A stretch of DNA of 40,147 nucleotides from Caecitellus pseudoparvulus (taxonomy: Eukaryota > Protista > Bigyra: Bicosoecida). The position numbers were made by a program, and so were the translations under genes. Numbering within the stretch: the first letter of the stretch is position 1; every line of letters starts with the position of its first letter. Below, one piece after another: positions 22,707 through 33,101 of the stretch. The notes under the pieces were generated by a model, which worked only from the letters and a program-made list of their open reading frames with translations, did not search any database and had not been told where the DNA came from. The stretch covers positions 1 to 40,147 of the forward strand of contig CBFFRQ010000144.1 in assembly GCA_965644315.1 (NCBI GenBank), in the 5' to 3' direction.

Positions 22707-23447
22707 GACTGTCGCCAGGATGCCAGGGTCCAACGCTGATGTTGAAGCCAGAGGTTGAGACAGGCTCGGGCAAGTGAAGCACCGTGATGTCACGCGGAAG
22801 AGCAACAGGTATGCAGCAAGGGAAAGTGTAAATCGATGACGATGACAAGTCTGTGCACATGCAGATGCTGGATTTGCGTCGATATACGTGCAAAGATTTT
22901 GCGGGAAGCACCTGCATGATTATCGCAACCACGTGCGCCACGCCAGCGTGGCACGCACCAGCTCCTGACACAGTGCTCGGAAAGACAGCTTCACACTAAC
23001 AGCGAGCAAATACCTTTGCGCGCTGGTGTCCAGGCTGGATTTGCGTCGCCTGGGGCAAGACTTGACTTGAATTGTGCCAAGGCGGAGAGTGTGTCCAGCT
23101 TGTCCTCGTGTCTGGAGCTGTGGCAGGGCCAGGCCGGCGGGGACATGGCGCGAAGAGGGACGCCAGGATCGCACATAGGCGGGCTTGGCATATGACCCAG
23201 GCCAGTGTGGAGCAAATCTCCAGCAGCGAGTTTGCACGCCGCACCGAAGGAAAGCCACTCTCACGGTCAAGGAACGCCAGGAGAAAGACACGTCCACACA
23301 CCACAGCCAAGAAATTAGCAGCCAAGACGTGCCCTTCACAAACCGTTCCAGCATGTATGGGCTTAATCTTCGCTTACGAATTTGGCTGCAGCCCCACAGC
23401 GGCAGTTCAAATCTTGGTCCAGCTCGTCATGGCGTCAACTTCCGCTG

Positions 23448-23476
23448 GCATGGCAATATACTGGAAATGGGCAAAA
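23448..23476 (+). repeat. Left terminal inverted repeat
   Basis: GCATGGCAATATACTGGAAATGGGCAAAA. Confidence 0.85.
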
Positions 23477-23599
23477 CATTCTCGCACCACCTCCAGTATT
23501 TTCGCTGACAGGGCGCAATTTTGGCATCCCATAGAGGATATTTGCAGGCTTTGATTTATTGTTTAGGCTGCCACCAGCCCCACAGGCGCTGTTTTTGGC

Positions 23600-26059
23600 A
23601 TGGACCAGCCCATTTTCGCGGCGTCGCCCACGGCCCTTCCAGCGCCGTCTCCGCCATTGAACTTGCAACAAGGGCCCTTCCTGATTAAAGTTTCTTCGTC
23701 TGACGCCCGTCACTGCGTGCACTGTGCGCGCTGGAGGCAAGAGCAGGCTGAGGGGTTGCGTGCCTCGCAGGGTCGCTCCTCTGGAGCTGACCTCGTGACC
23801 AGGACACACTACCACTGTTTGCGAACAGGGTGTCACTGGCGAGGGAAGAATCCCAGTAACTTCTCCAACCACCGATGTGGGCATGCGCGGGCCATGAAGC
23901 TGGCGGCAGGTGCGTGGCGTGGTGGTGCCTCAAACAGGCGTTTCGCCCAGCTGCGCAGCCAGCACGCCGAGCCTCCCTGCGGCGCAGAATCGGGTGCCTC
24001 ACACCATGTAGTGGTAGACATGCCTAAACCTTCCTCAGAAGTTGTGGTTGCCGATCCATGTGCGTGCTAAAGCGCCTTGCTCGCCGCGCCACAGCGTCAC
24101 GGCAATGGTGCTGCCTCTGCGCAGGCACTGGCTCTGGCTCTGGAGGCGTTGGCAGCCCAGCCATGGATCCCCCCAGCTCCAGCGGCGAGTGGATGCTGTA
24201 TCCACGGGCCATCGCAGACATGGCTGAAGAGTTCTTCCGCCGAAGCCTTCCAGGCGACCAGGGCACCACTTGGTTCGCCCAAGCCTTCGCCAGCGCCCGA
24301 GCCATGGTGCGGGCCACTGCTGCTACAGCCAGTCAGCTGCTGCTGGGGGCCGCCCCTGCCGGCGACGAGTTCATCCAGCAGTGCACCAAAGACGACGTAG
24401 CTCCTGAGTGCCTCCCTGAGGCTCCCTCTGACTTGATCGTGCCTCCCAGCGCGGCTGCCCTGGCTGGCTCAGTGGGCTCAGTGCTGGGCATGCTCATGGC
24501 ATCCCCTGCGCAGCCTGTGACCCTGGGACTGCCTGGGGCGACCGTCATGGCCACCCGTGCAGCCCTGAGCCGGGCTAGGCTGCCGCCTCAGCATGGAGAA
24601 GGGGTGCTGATGGCCTTTCCTGACAACCCTGCTGAGCTGGGCGTCGCGTCGGCGCTGCGAGATGGGCAAGGCTCCGTGGACCCAGCACTGAGGAAGGATG
24701 CAACTGAGAAGCAAGGCAACATGCTGTACAGGTCTATCGAGCCGAGTGAGGATATGGAGAGCAAGGCAGGCACCCTGGCAGGCACAACACACGCCGTCAC
24801 ATGGGACTCCTGGGTTGTGCAGCCTGCCGCGAATGCTGCACTGGCAGGCTCACTGTACGAGCACTACATCCCCACCCGCAAGCAGCCCGTCACCCTGGAC
24901 GTCCAGCCAGTGGGCCTCGCTGCAACCCACCCAGCCTATGGCGAGCAGTTACCCTTCCTCCCTCGCCCTCCTGGTCCCTGCCCCAGCAGGACTGCGCCGT
25001 GGAGCCCAGACGGCCACAGCCTGCCAGCCAGTGAAGCATACCAAACAGCTGCAGCCGCAGCACGGTTGCGCTTCGAAGTCGCAGTGGCCGCACAAGCTGG
25101 CAGGCCAGCCCAGGTGGGTGACCGGCCCATCCCCGCAGAGGTCCAAGCGGACCTGGACCAAATGGAAGCAGACCTGAAGGGAAGCATGGCGCACCCCTCC
25201 ATGCGCACCGAACTCACAGTTTTATCCGTGAGTAGGAAGGGCTGGACTGATGTGCGGCAGCAGCTGCCATGGGGCACCTGTCCCAAGGCAGGCAGCTGCC
25301 ACGGCACGTGCAAGTGGACGACCAATGGCACCCACAGCGCGAAGCAGTGTCTGTTCACCAGATTCAAGGGAGTGCAGCCTGTAACAAAGGCGACTCTGCT
25401 CTGCAGAAGCCATCGATTTGCTGTCACAGTGGGGTCGCGATCCTTTTGGAGGGTCAAGCACCAGCTGTACCCCGACGTTCTCCCAGATGGGTCGCCCCCG
25501 CCTGGCATGGAGGGCCGCAGGCTGGTCCTTTCCATACCATGCGCAATCGCTGGCACCATTCTGATGGACGAGGCTGCTGCTACGAGTCTGTGGGAGAACT
25601 ACGTCGCTCACCGCCGCGAAGGCATGGTCAAGGTGCAGAAAGCCTTCTGGCGAGACCTCATGCGGCCCTTCGAGGACAAGGTAGACTCCTGGAAAGAGAA
25701 GCTGTTCAAGAAGCACGCCTCTCTCGGTGAATGCCCTGAGGTGCAATATGCGCTGGCCCAAGCCGTGCGCCGAGCCAGAAAGCATGTTGTGGGCAACGTG
25801 CGATCCAGCACAAGTGTGAAGGCTCTGCGTGATGCCATCCTGCACATCTACCATGCCGCTGTCAAGCCGCATGTGGAGGGGTACCTGCAGGCCCTTGCAC
25901 GCTTCGCTGACACCATCAGCGTGGACTGGACCTTTGCATCTTCGGCCCGGGTGCACGTCGCGGGCCCACAGCCACTGCGCAGGGCCAGGGCTGCGCCAGC
26001 GAGCCCACAGCACGAGCTGGGCGAGGAAGAGCCTGAAGATGAGCTGGATGGGGAAGAAG

Positions 26060-26105
<46 letters not shown>

Positions 26106-27828
26106 CGATAGCGATAGCGATAGCGACGAGGGTGCAGAGGAGGAAGCCTGTGCGGGCAGCCGAAGCCGGGCCGCACAGGCCTCAGGCAAGACTCGGTGGC
26201 GAGTTGCTCCCTGCATAGCCACGGTTGTGGGCCGGTACGGTTTTATCCTACAACCTCCAATGTTCACGGGCTACGAGAGCGCGGCAAACTTGGCCTGGGT
26301 CCTGGGCTTAGTGCTGCACAGGCTGAAGGGGCACTTGCGGGAGCGCGGCCCGGCGGCGTCCCACCCCAGCGTCATCACAGTGGACAACCTCAGAACCCAC
26401 CAGCACGCCCTGCAGGCAATCATTGACGTGCACTTTCCACTTCTGCCGAAAGGCGTGGTGCGGTTTGCGGTGGATCCGTGGCACTTCGCCAGCCGCGTGG
26501 CCAAGGCCATTCCCAAGCGAGCCACGCACCAGGATGGTCCACTCTTCATCAAGCTGTGGTTCGACACAGTGGAGTGGATCCGAACACCTGCACTGGGCGT
26601 GGTGTCCCCCAAACTGCTCCTTCCAGAGGATGCCATTGCTCGGCAACGAGCCGCCTTGAGCTCTGCTGAGCCTGCCGACATCCAGGCCTTCATCGACCGC
26701 GCCTGCCGCATCTTGCGACGCAAGTCCCTTTCTGACTCCCAAAAGACACAAGTCCAAGAATTCCTCACAGACTATGGGTGGGCCCTGTATGGGCCAGGGC
26801 GTGCAGTTGGGGCTGCCGCAAGGCTTCGCAAGCACGTCCCCCTCGCTCTGGCTGCTGCCTGTGCCACTTCAGCAGGCATGCTGCAGCGTCGGTGCCAAGG
26901 AGATCACTTCACACCAACTCAGGCTGGGCTGCACCCGAGCGGAGTGCCCATCCTTCCCCTCCACATTGGACCCTGCACTCACAAACAGGCCTCAGCGTCA
27001 CTGGAGCGCACTGCAAGCCTGTTTCGCCAGGTGTGGGCGCCTCAATCGCGGGGTGGCGCAGGCACCGCCGTGCAAGGCCGCATCACACGCGGCATCCTGG
27101 ATCCCAAGTCCTCCTTCCCCGCCGTTCGTGCTCGGGTCAAGGCGTCATTGCAAAACGACGTGGGGCTTCAAGGCTTGCTGGATGGGCGTGACGCGGTGCA
27201 CGGCGCCACCACCACCGGGGGCAATGAGAGCCTGCACTCAGGCATGCGGCACATGGTGTCAGCAGGCACATCCACTCGCTTGGATGTTGCCGAGATGAAC
27301 CTCACGCTGTACTGGCTGGAGAAGAACCAGGCCACTGCTGCCAAGCTGCTGTCCACGTATGCGAGCGATGAATGCCGCCAGGAAGAGACACACAGCAAGT
27401 CTCAAGACGTTGCGGCCACTCTAGAGTTTTGCTCTGTACTGACTGGTGATGTAGGTGGCTTTGCTCTAGGTACCCTGACAGCAGCCTTGCAGAGCTGCCC
27501 GGATACGCCTGCCCCGACCACATTCGAGGAAGCCAAGGCCTTTGGCCTGCCCCTGTACCACAAGGCCAGCTCGTCCGTCACGCCAGAGGTTGAAGAAGAC
27601 ATTCGCCGACTGCTCAGGGAGGAGAGGGAGACGCAAGAGGCCAAGACTGCCAAGTACAGCCCAAACACAGCGGCGTCCCGCATCGCCTCCGCTGCTCACG
27701 CCACTGTCGGCAAAGTCGAGCGAGTGGTGAGCATGGTGCAGCGAGAAGAAGAGCAGTTTGTCCAGCGGGAGAAGCGAGCAAGGCATCATGGTCTCAGTTC
27801 GCCGAGTGCCAAGCGTGTGCGCCGCTAA
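23600..27828 (+). CDS. Putative DDE transposase (~1387 aa) with an N-terminal Cys/His zinc-finger exon; intron 24060..24124
   Basis: Candidate catalytic residues TISVDWTF (D), VITVDN (D), AVDPWHF (DxxH signature of Mutator/Kolobok/hAT/P-type enzymes) and TTGGNESLHS (E). The exon 1 motif is CVHC..HYHC..C..HRC. A GTGCGT..GCAG intron joins the ORFs in frame. The C-terminus AKRVRR is NLS-like. Confidence 0.75.
26062..26127 (+). repeat. (AGCGAY)11 coding microsatellite giving a Ser-Asp tract
   Basis: Directly visible; lies between the first two putative catalytic Asp motifs. Confidence 0.95.
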
Positions 27829-28463
27829 GGGCTGGAGCAGGGCCACCGGCTCTCCGGCTGGGTGAAGGGAGTTTCATCGACACACAGGCCAGTCAGGAGC
27901 CCGAGGCTAGACGCGTGGTATGAGAGACTTGCAGAATGATTCAACATTTCATCAGACTACCTTCATGTAACGGACCTCTCAGCTGTTCAGAGCCGGTAGA
28001 GTGCAGCCCAATGCAGAGATATCGCAGGCCTCGTGGATTGGCGTGGTGAAGCAAACCGAAACGCCACACCCGCACTGTGCAGCGCTCTCTGGCGGGAGAG
28101 AGACAACCCACGGGCAAGCTTTGGACAGGAACACTTCCATAAATCTATTAGGATTGTATGCAGCACAAATTTTTGGAAATTTCGTCTCCTGTTGGGGCAT
28201 TATCTCCATGGAGCGTTGGAAAGCCGTAGAAACACCTTGTCGCCGTCTCCAAGCCAGGTCACGATGTGTTATGATGCGGACTTGCCCGTGATGGATTTCA
28301 GCGATGGTGCAGGTCGCCGCGACCAGCACTCAACACACTTGAAACGCAGCGAGGCTACTGGCTCTGTGAGGCCCCCTGCGCGCCCCTGGACTGGCGTCTG
28401 AGGTTCGCACGAACCACTGCAATGTGCCTCATTCGCGCACATGATCATTGGGCACCGCACCAA

Positions 28464-28492
28464 TTTTGCCCATTTCCAGTATATTCCCATGC
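28464..28492 (-). repeat. Right terminal inverted repeat
   Basis: Reverse complement reads GCATGGGAATATACTGGAAATGGGCAAAA. Confidence 0.85.
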
Positions 28493-28610
28493 ACACGTCA
28501 ACTTCCCCTCGGCGAGCGCAATCCCCACACGCAAGCTGTACCCAACTTCGTCGGCTGCATAAACCTCGCCCCCCGACACGTCTCACAATGTACATCATGT
28601 GTGCCAATCG

Positions 28611-28838
28611 CCTGTGGGAGTGCTCCGCCGTGCACGGCCGCGAAGGCCCGATCAAGGTCCACGCAGCCTCTTGGCGAGACCTCACGCGGCCCTTCAAACA
28701 CAAGGTTGACTCCTGAAGAAGGGCACTCTGCAGGTAGCACTCCTCTCTCGGTGTATACCCTGAGGTGCAGCATGCACTGGCTCAAGCCGTGCGCTGGGCC
28801 ACAAAGCACGTCGTGGGCAGGGTGTGATCCAGTACAAG
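28611..28838 (+). pseudogene. Decayed fragment of the same transposase family
   Basis: Collinear with ~25588-25815 (e.g. TGGCGAGACCTCA(T/C)GCGGCCCTTC, CCCTGAGGTGCA, CAAGCCGTGCGC), with in-frame stops TGA and TAG. Confidence 0.85.
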
Positions 28839-29453
28839 CGGGGGCCAGGAACACCACCCCCTTGCGCAGGGACTCTTGCAGCAGGCTCTACCTCAACCAT
28901 GCAAGCTTGTCAACAGCCAGGGCGGTGCTTTACCTTGGCTCCTCCGCGTCAGATGGCTCACCACTGGTGCCATCCTCAAAGAGACTCTTCAAACTGACAA
29001 CGGCGCAAGTCTGCTGAACTCACACTCCAGCTCACAAAAATACAGTTGCAGCGAAAGCATACATAGGGAGCTCGAAATGTGATTTGCAAGCCTTTTTCCT
29101 TTTGCAGTGCCTGCTGCCATGCAGAGATTCTTCAGGCTTGCCGCAGCTCTCAACGCTGCAGGACTCTCTGCGTTCTCCTAGGGCAAGTGAGTACGCAAAG
29201 ACTAGCCCTAGTCATCAGTATCAAATTCCTCTTCAAAGTCTTCTTTTCAAACTTACGAATGGACTTCTCGATCACAACCTGCATTGTGTGCAACGCGCAA
29301 CTCGGCTGATTTGAGGCCGCGCGTTTCATTGCGTTTCAAGGCATTTTCCGCAGGGGTTCAACTGCTTCACACTTACGCTGTGCCGCACCGCAGCCACCCG
29401 AGTGTTCACGGACACGCCCGTCACGCAAGCAGGCTGGGCATAGCAGCAAACGT

Positions 29454-31454
29454 ATGGGGACGGCTCTCTCATCTGCGGTGATTCAGCTCGCAGGTGTGGG
29501 AGGGAGCTGCGGAATTGCGGGTGGAGACAAGGAGGCCAGTGACTTTGTCTACACCAGTTTTCCAGGCGTTCCAGGGTCTGGGTACCGGTACGATGCAAAG
29601 ACCCCAGTTGGGCCCTTTGAGCACCTTTACCTGTCAGGTGCGAGGTGGTACGAGGAGGAACAGCTGGCCCTGTGGCGTGGGATGGTAGAGAACCCTCATC
29701 TTCCAGTGGTGCTTCCCCTTCCGTGCCAGCTTCCCGCACTTAGGGTGCTACGCAATCTCGAGGTTGGGCTGCACCTCGATACAGCCGTGTTTGGGGCATA
29801 CTTGCTTTCAGGCCCACGAGGCACCGGCAAGACATACCTCTTCCAAACCTTTGCTGACCACGCTCACGCTTCCCAAGGAGCAGCCTCAGCAGAGGACGGC
29901 AAACTTACTATCTGTTGCTACCTCAACTTGGCTGCTCACACGGCATCAGATTGTGACCAATTTGACATTCGCCTGCTGGGCATGATCGTGGATCATCTGC
30001 GCGCGGCAAAGCAGCGCTTGGACCTCGCTGAGACGCTGTCTGAGCTTGCTGGTGCTGCGCCAGACAGGGTCGAAGAATTCGCGCCAAAAGTGACTCATGG
30101 GGCGTTTGCGCTACTGACCGCAACCCAAACCAAAGTGAGCGTAGCAAGCGCCTTGCTGAAGATGTCGGGTGTAGGTGTGATTGTCTTTGTTGATGAAGCC
30201 GAGTGCGTGTTCAAAGGCCGACATTTCTCCGCTGCATGCGCTGAAGCTTGGCTGAATGTTCTGGATGCCGTGCCCCGCATAAGAAACTCCGCCATTGGCA
30301 TGGTGCTTTGCACGAGGTTCTCCCGCACGCACCTGCTGTTCAACTCTGGCAGCCGGCGGGATGCCTTTACGCCGGAGTACACCCACGCACACATGCGCCG
30401 TGACTGGGGCAGCCGGCTCAAACACATTCAATTGCAGAGTTGCCGCTGGACGCAGGAATCGCTCATGGCCTACATTCTTTCACATGTAGGCAGCGCTTCA
30501 GGCCCACCCTTCGACTTGTACACGCGGGATGCTGCGTGGCGGCCAGACCCTGGCAATTTAAAGACTGCAAGAGCCTTGGACAGGCTGAGCCAGTTTTGTC
30601 CGGAGGACACAGACGACGGGAGCCCGCACGGTCGGCTGGAAGCATTCTTGGAGCATGTGTTGAAGGTCTGCGGCCACAGCCCTGAGCGTGTGTGGGAGTT
30701 GACACAGGAGTTGGCCAAGCCAGGCTTGTCATCTTTGACGTCATGGCCTGCGCCTGAGGTTTGTGAAGAACAGCGCATTGCACGGGCAGGCAGTCCGACC
30801 AAACTTCGTGTGATGAGCGTGTTCTTGTCAGGGCTTGATCCTGACATGTCGGTCTGGCTGCGTAGTGACTCGCTTCTGACGTTTGTTCCCGCTACCGTTG
30901 TCGTGTGGAGACAGAAGCTCATTCAGAGCCTTGTCCCTTCAGATGACGTGCTCCAAGCTGACGCGAACAAGACTGGCAGGAGCGTGTTGGCTGTCGAAGC
31001 ATCAGCCCACGAAGAAGCGAACGCGTGGATAAGCGACGCAGTTGACGCGGGGTGGTTGGAAGATCTGGGCCGCAACATTGCGCTCGGCAGTCTACTGATA
31101 TACCGCTACTGTGAGAGCCATGGGGTCCACCCTCGTGCAGCTGATGACATGGGCCACCCAGGGTCTGCCATTGAAGCTGAGCTGCCCGTCACCCCCGAAA
31201 GTGCTTCAAGCGACATGGAGCACCACGTGCAGCTTGCAGGTATGCGCGGTGCGGAAGGCGATGGCCTTGCCAAGCAGGGGGGGCTGTTGGCTTCGGCTTG
31301 TGAAGCCCGACGTACGCTATCACGACCACCCACAAAAGCTCGTGCCCGACAAGCACGGAAAGCAGGCAGGGCAGCAGCATCGCTGGGTCGAGCAAAGCGC
31401 CGCAGGAGCTCTGCAGCACACGAGCCACGGGCTAAGCGAAAAGCACGAATGTAA
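29454..31454 (+). CDS. P-loop NTPase (AAA+/STAND-like), function unknown
   Basis: Walker A YLLSGPRGTGKT and Walker B VIVFVDEAE; possible wHTH (AWISDAVDAGWL); basic C-terminus. Confidence 0.75.
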   Translation: MGTALSSAVIQLAGVGGSCGIAGGDKEASDFVYTSFPGVPGSGYRYDAKTPVGPFEHLYLSGARWYEEEQLALWRGMVENPHLPVVLPLPCQLPALRVLRNLEVGLHLDTAVFGAYLLSGPRGTGKTYLFQTFADHAHASQGAASAEDGKLTICCYLNLAAHTASDCDQFDIRLLGMIVDHLRAAKQRLDLAETLSELAGAAPDRVEEFAPKVTHGAFALLTATQTKVSVASALLKMSGVGVIVFVDEAECVFKGRHFSAACAEAWLNVLDAVPRIRNSAIGMVLCTRFSRTHLLFNSGSRRDAFTPEYTHAHMRRDWGSRLKHIQLQSCRWTQESLMAYILSHVGSASGPPFDLYTRDAAWRPDPGNLKTARALDRLSQFCPEDTDDGSPHGRLEAFLEHVLKVCGHSPERVWELTQELAKPGLSSLTSWPAPEVCEEQRIARAGSPTKLRVMSVFLSGLDPDMSVWLRSDSLLTFVPATVVVWRQKLIQSLVPSDDVLQADANKTGRSVLAVEASAHEEANAWISDAVDAGWLEDLGRNIALGSLLIYRYCESHGVHPRAADDMGHPGSAIEAELPVTPESASSDMEHHVQLAGMRGAEGDGLAKQGGLLASACEARRTLSRPPTKARARQARKAGRAAASLGRAKRRRSSAAHEPRAKRKARM

Positions 31455-31698
31455 TGTTAAGGCAGCATGTTGGTTAATGCAAGTGAAGTGCTGGTCGGGC
31501 AGCGGGATTGCGCGTCGAGGTGTACCTAGCCTGGCCTGGCGCGGGTTAGATGAGATGCCATCGTTTGGCTTGCAGATCAGAGTGGTGTCAGGAGCCCCAA
31601 TCTGCTCCCTAGTGCAGCAAAAACGTTCTGTTGAGCGCAAAGGTGCTCGGCAATAAAGCCCGCTCGGGTACATGTTGGTATCATGTTTTTGACCAACG

Positions 31699-32650
31699 AT
31701 GCCAAGCTTCACGCAACACCCCGTGCACCCGCCATTGTCAGCTTGCTTTGGCTCGAGGCACAACGAGGAAGAGGTTATCGTGGTGGATGCGCCACGCCCC
31801 AGCATGCCTACCCCCAACGACATCATCTTGGTGGGCACGTCACATGGGCGTCTGCTGGCTGTGCTCGGCGCGCCGCGCTCTGCACATGTCACGGAGTCAT
31901 TGTGGATGGACTGGCGGGTGGTGGCTGAGATGGCACCCCAACACGAGGGCAGCATCACGCAGATCGTGCCAATGAGCAAGGACTTCCGACACAAGGTGGA
32001 ACCGTGGATCAGCTCCTCCATGCCGACTCTGCGGGTGGACAGGGAGTCCGCTGCCATCGACTTCCTCTTCATCACCACCGGCGCCGATTGCAAGATAAAG
32101 CTGATGACTCTGGACATGGACAGTAACTTCATCAGCTTGTCTGAAGCAAGCCACGCAGAGGATCCCTCCACACAAGTGTCCAAGGTGGACCTGAGCGGGC
32201 TTGGCGCCAGGCATCGACCCTCAGCGGTGGAGGCCCGTGCGGAGCATTCTGCACAGCTGACGGGCTCTGGCGCCAGCGGCCTGCACGAGTCGTCATCGTC
32301 TGTGCTACAGGATGGCGCTGGCGAGTCCAAGGCACCGCCTCCTTTGCCCATCCCTGCCTCGGGTCGGGCAGACAGCCCAGGCGGATTTGAAGCAGAAGAG
32401 AAGCAGAAACCTGGCGGTGGGCAAGCCAAACCCGCCCAGGGTTGCTCTCCCGGCCGCCTCTCCTCCAGCGGCAACCCTGGTGAGGATGATGAGGATCTGG
32501 ACGAGCACAAGGAGGACGCCATGCTGAAGATGAGCACCATGCGGCTCCTCACAGGGCAGAGCAAGAAGAAGGGCTTCGGCTCGCCAGATTCCAAGGAACA
32601 CCCTCGACGCGGCTCAGCCATGTCGCCCAAGGGCGGCGACCAGGTGGCAG
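31699..32650 (+). pseudogene. WD40-like host ORF truncated by the viral insertion
   Basis: IILVGTSHGRL, QHEGSITQI and FITTGADCKIKLM are WD40-like strands. The GC-rich frame runs into the AT-rich element and stops at 32682. Confidence 0.55.
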
Positions 32651-33101
32651 AAAAAAAAAGGGATGGTGGTGGTTTAGTGTAAAACACCACCCCACGGTAG
32701 ATACATACGTAATGCGTGGCTAAAGCCACTATATTTAATGGTTCATTATATAGTAATTTAATAGTCAATAAAATATATATTATTTAAGGTATATTTAAAA
32801 ACAAGAAATAGTAAATTATAGGAAATATAAAAAAGTAATAAGTTAAAACATTATTTCCTATTTCCTTAATTTCTCTTTTTTTTATGGATTTTTAAATATT
32901 ATTATAATTTTCTTAAAATAGACTTTGAGAAAGAAAATATAAGATATAGGAAAAGTCTCTCTTAATCGCATGTGTTATACTTTTAGTGAATGAGTAAGTA
33001 AATATCTCTCTTAATTGCGGTGTGTGTCCCCTTCAAGAACAATTTAAACGCAATATTAAAAAATAAATAACATAAAAGTGAATTATGTATTAGTAATATA
33101 T

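Larger units (their letters stand above)
23446..28495 (+). mobile_element. ~5 kb cut-and-paste DNA transposon with TIRs and one transposase gene
   Basis: Inverted repeats at 23448-23476 and 28464-28492 (28/29 identical), flanking direct repeat CGTCAACTTCC(G/C)C, and an internal DDE-like ORF. Confidence 0.8.

Noticed and set aside
27830-28460. Short ORFs inside the right arm of the transposon as an accessory gene
   Set aside because: No recognisable motifs or coding bias; probably 3' non-coding sequence
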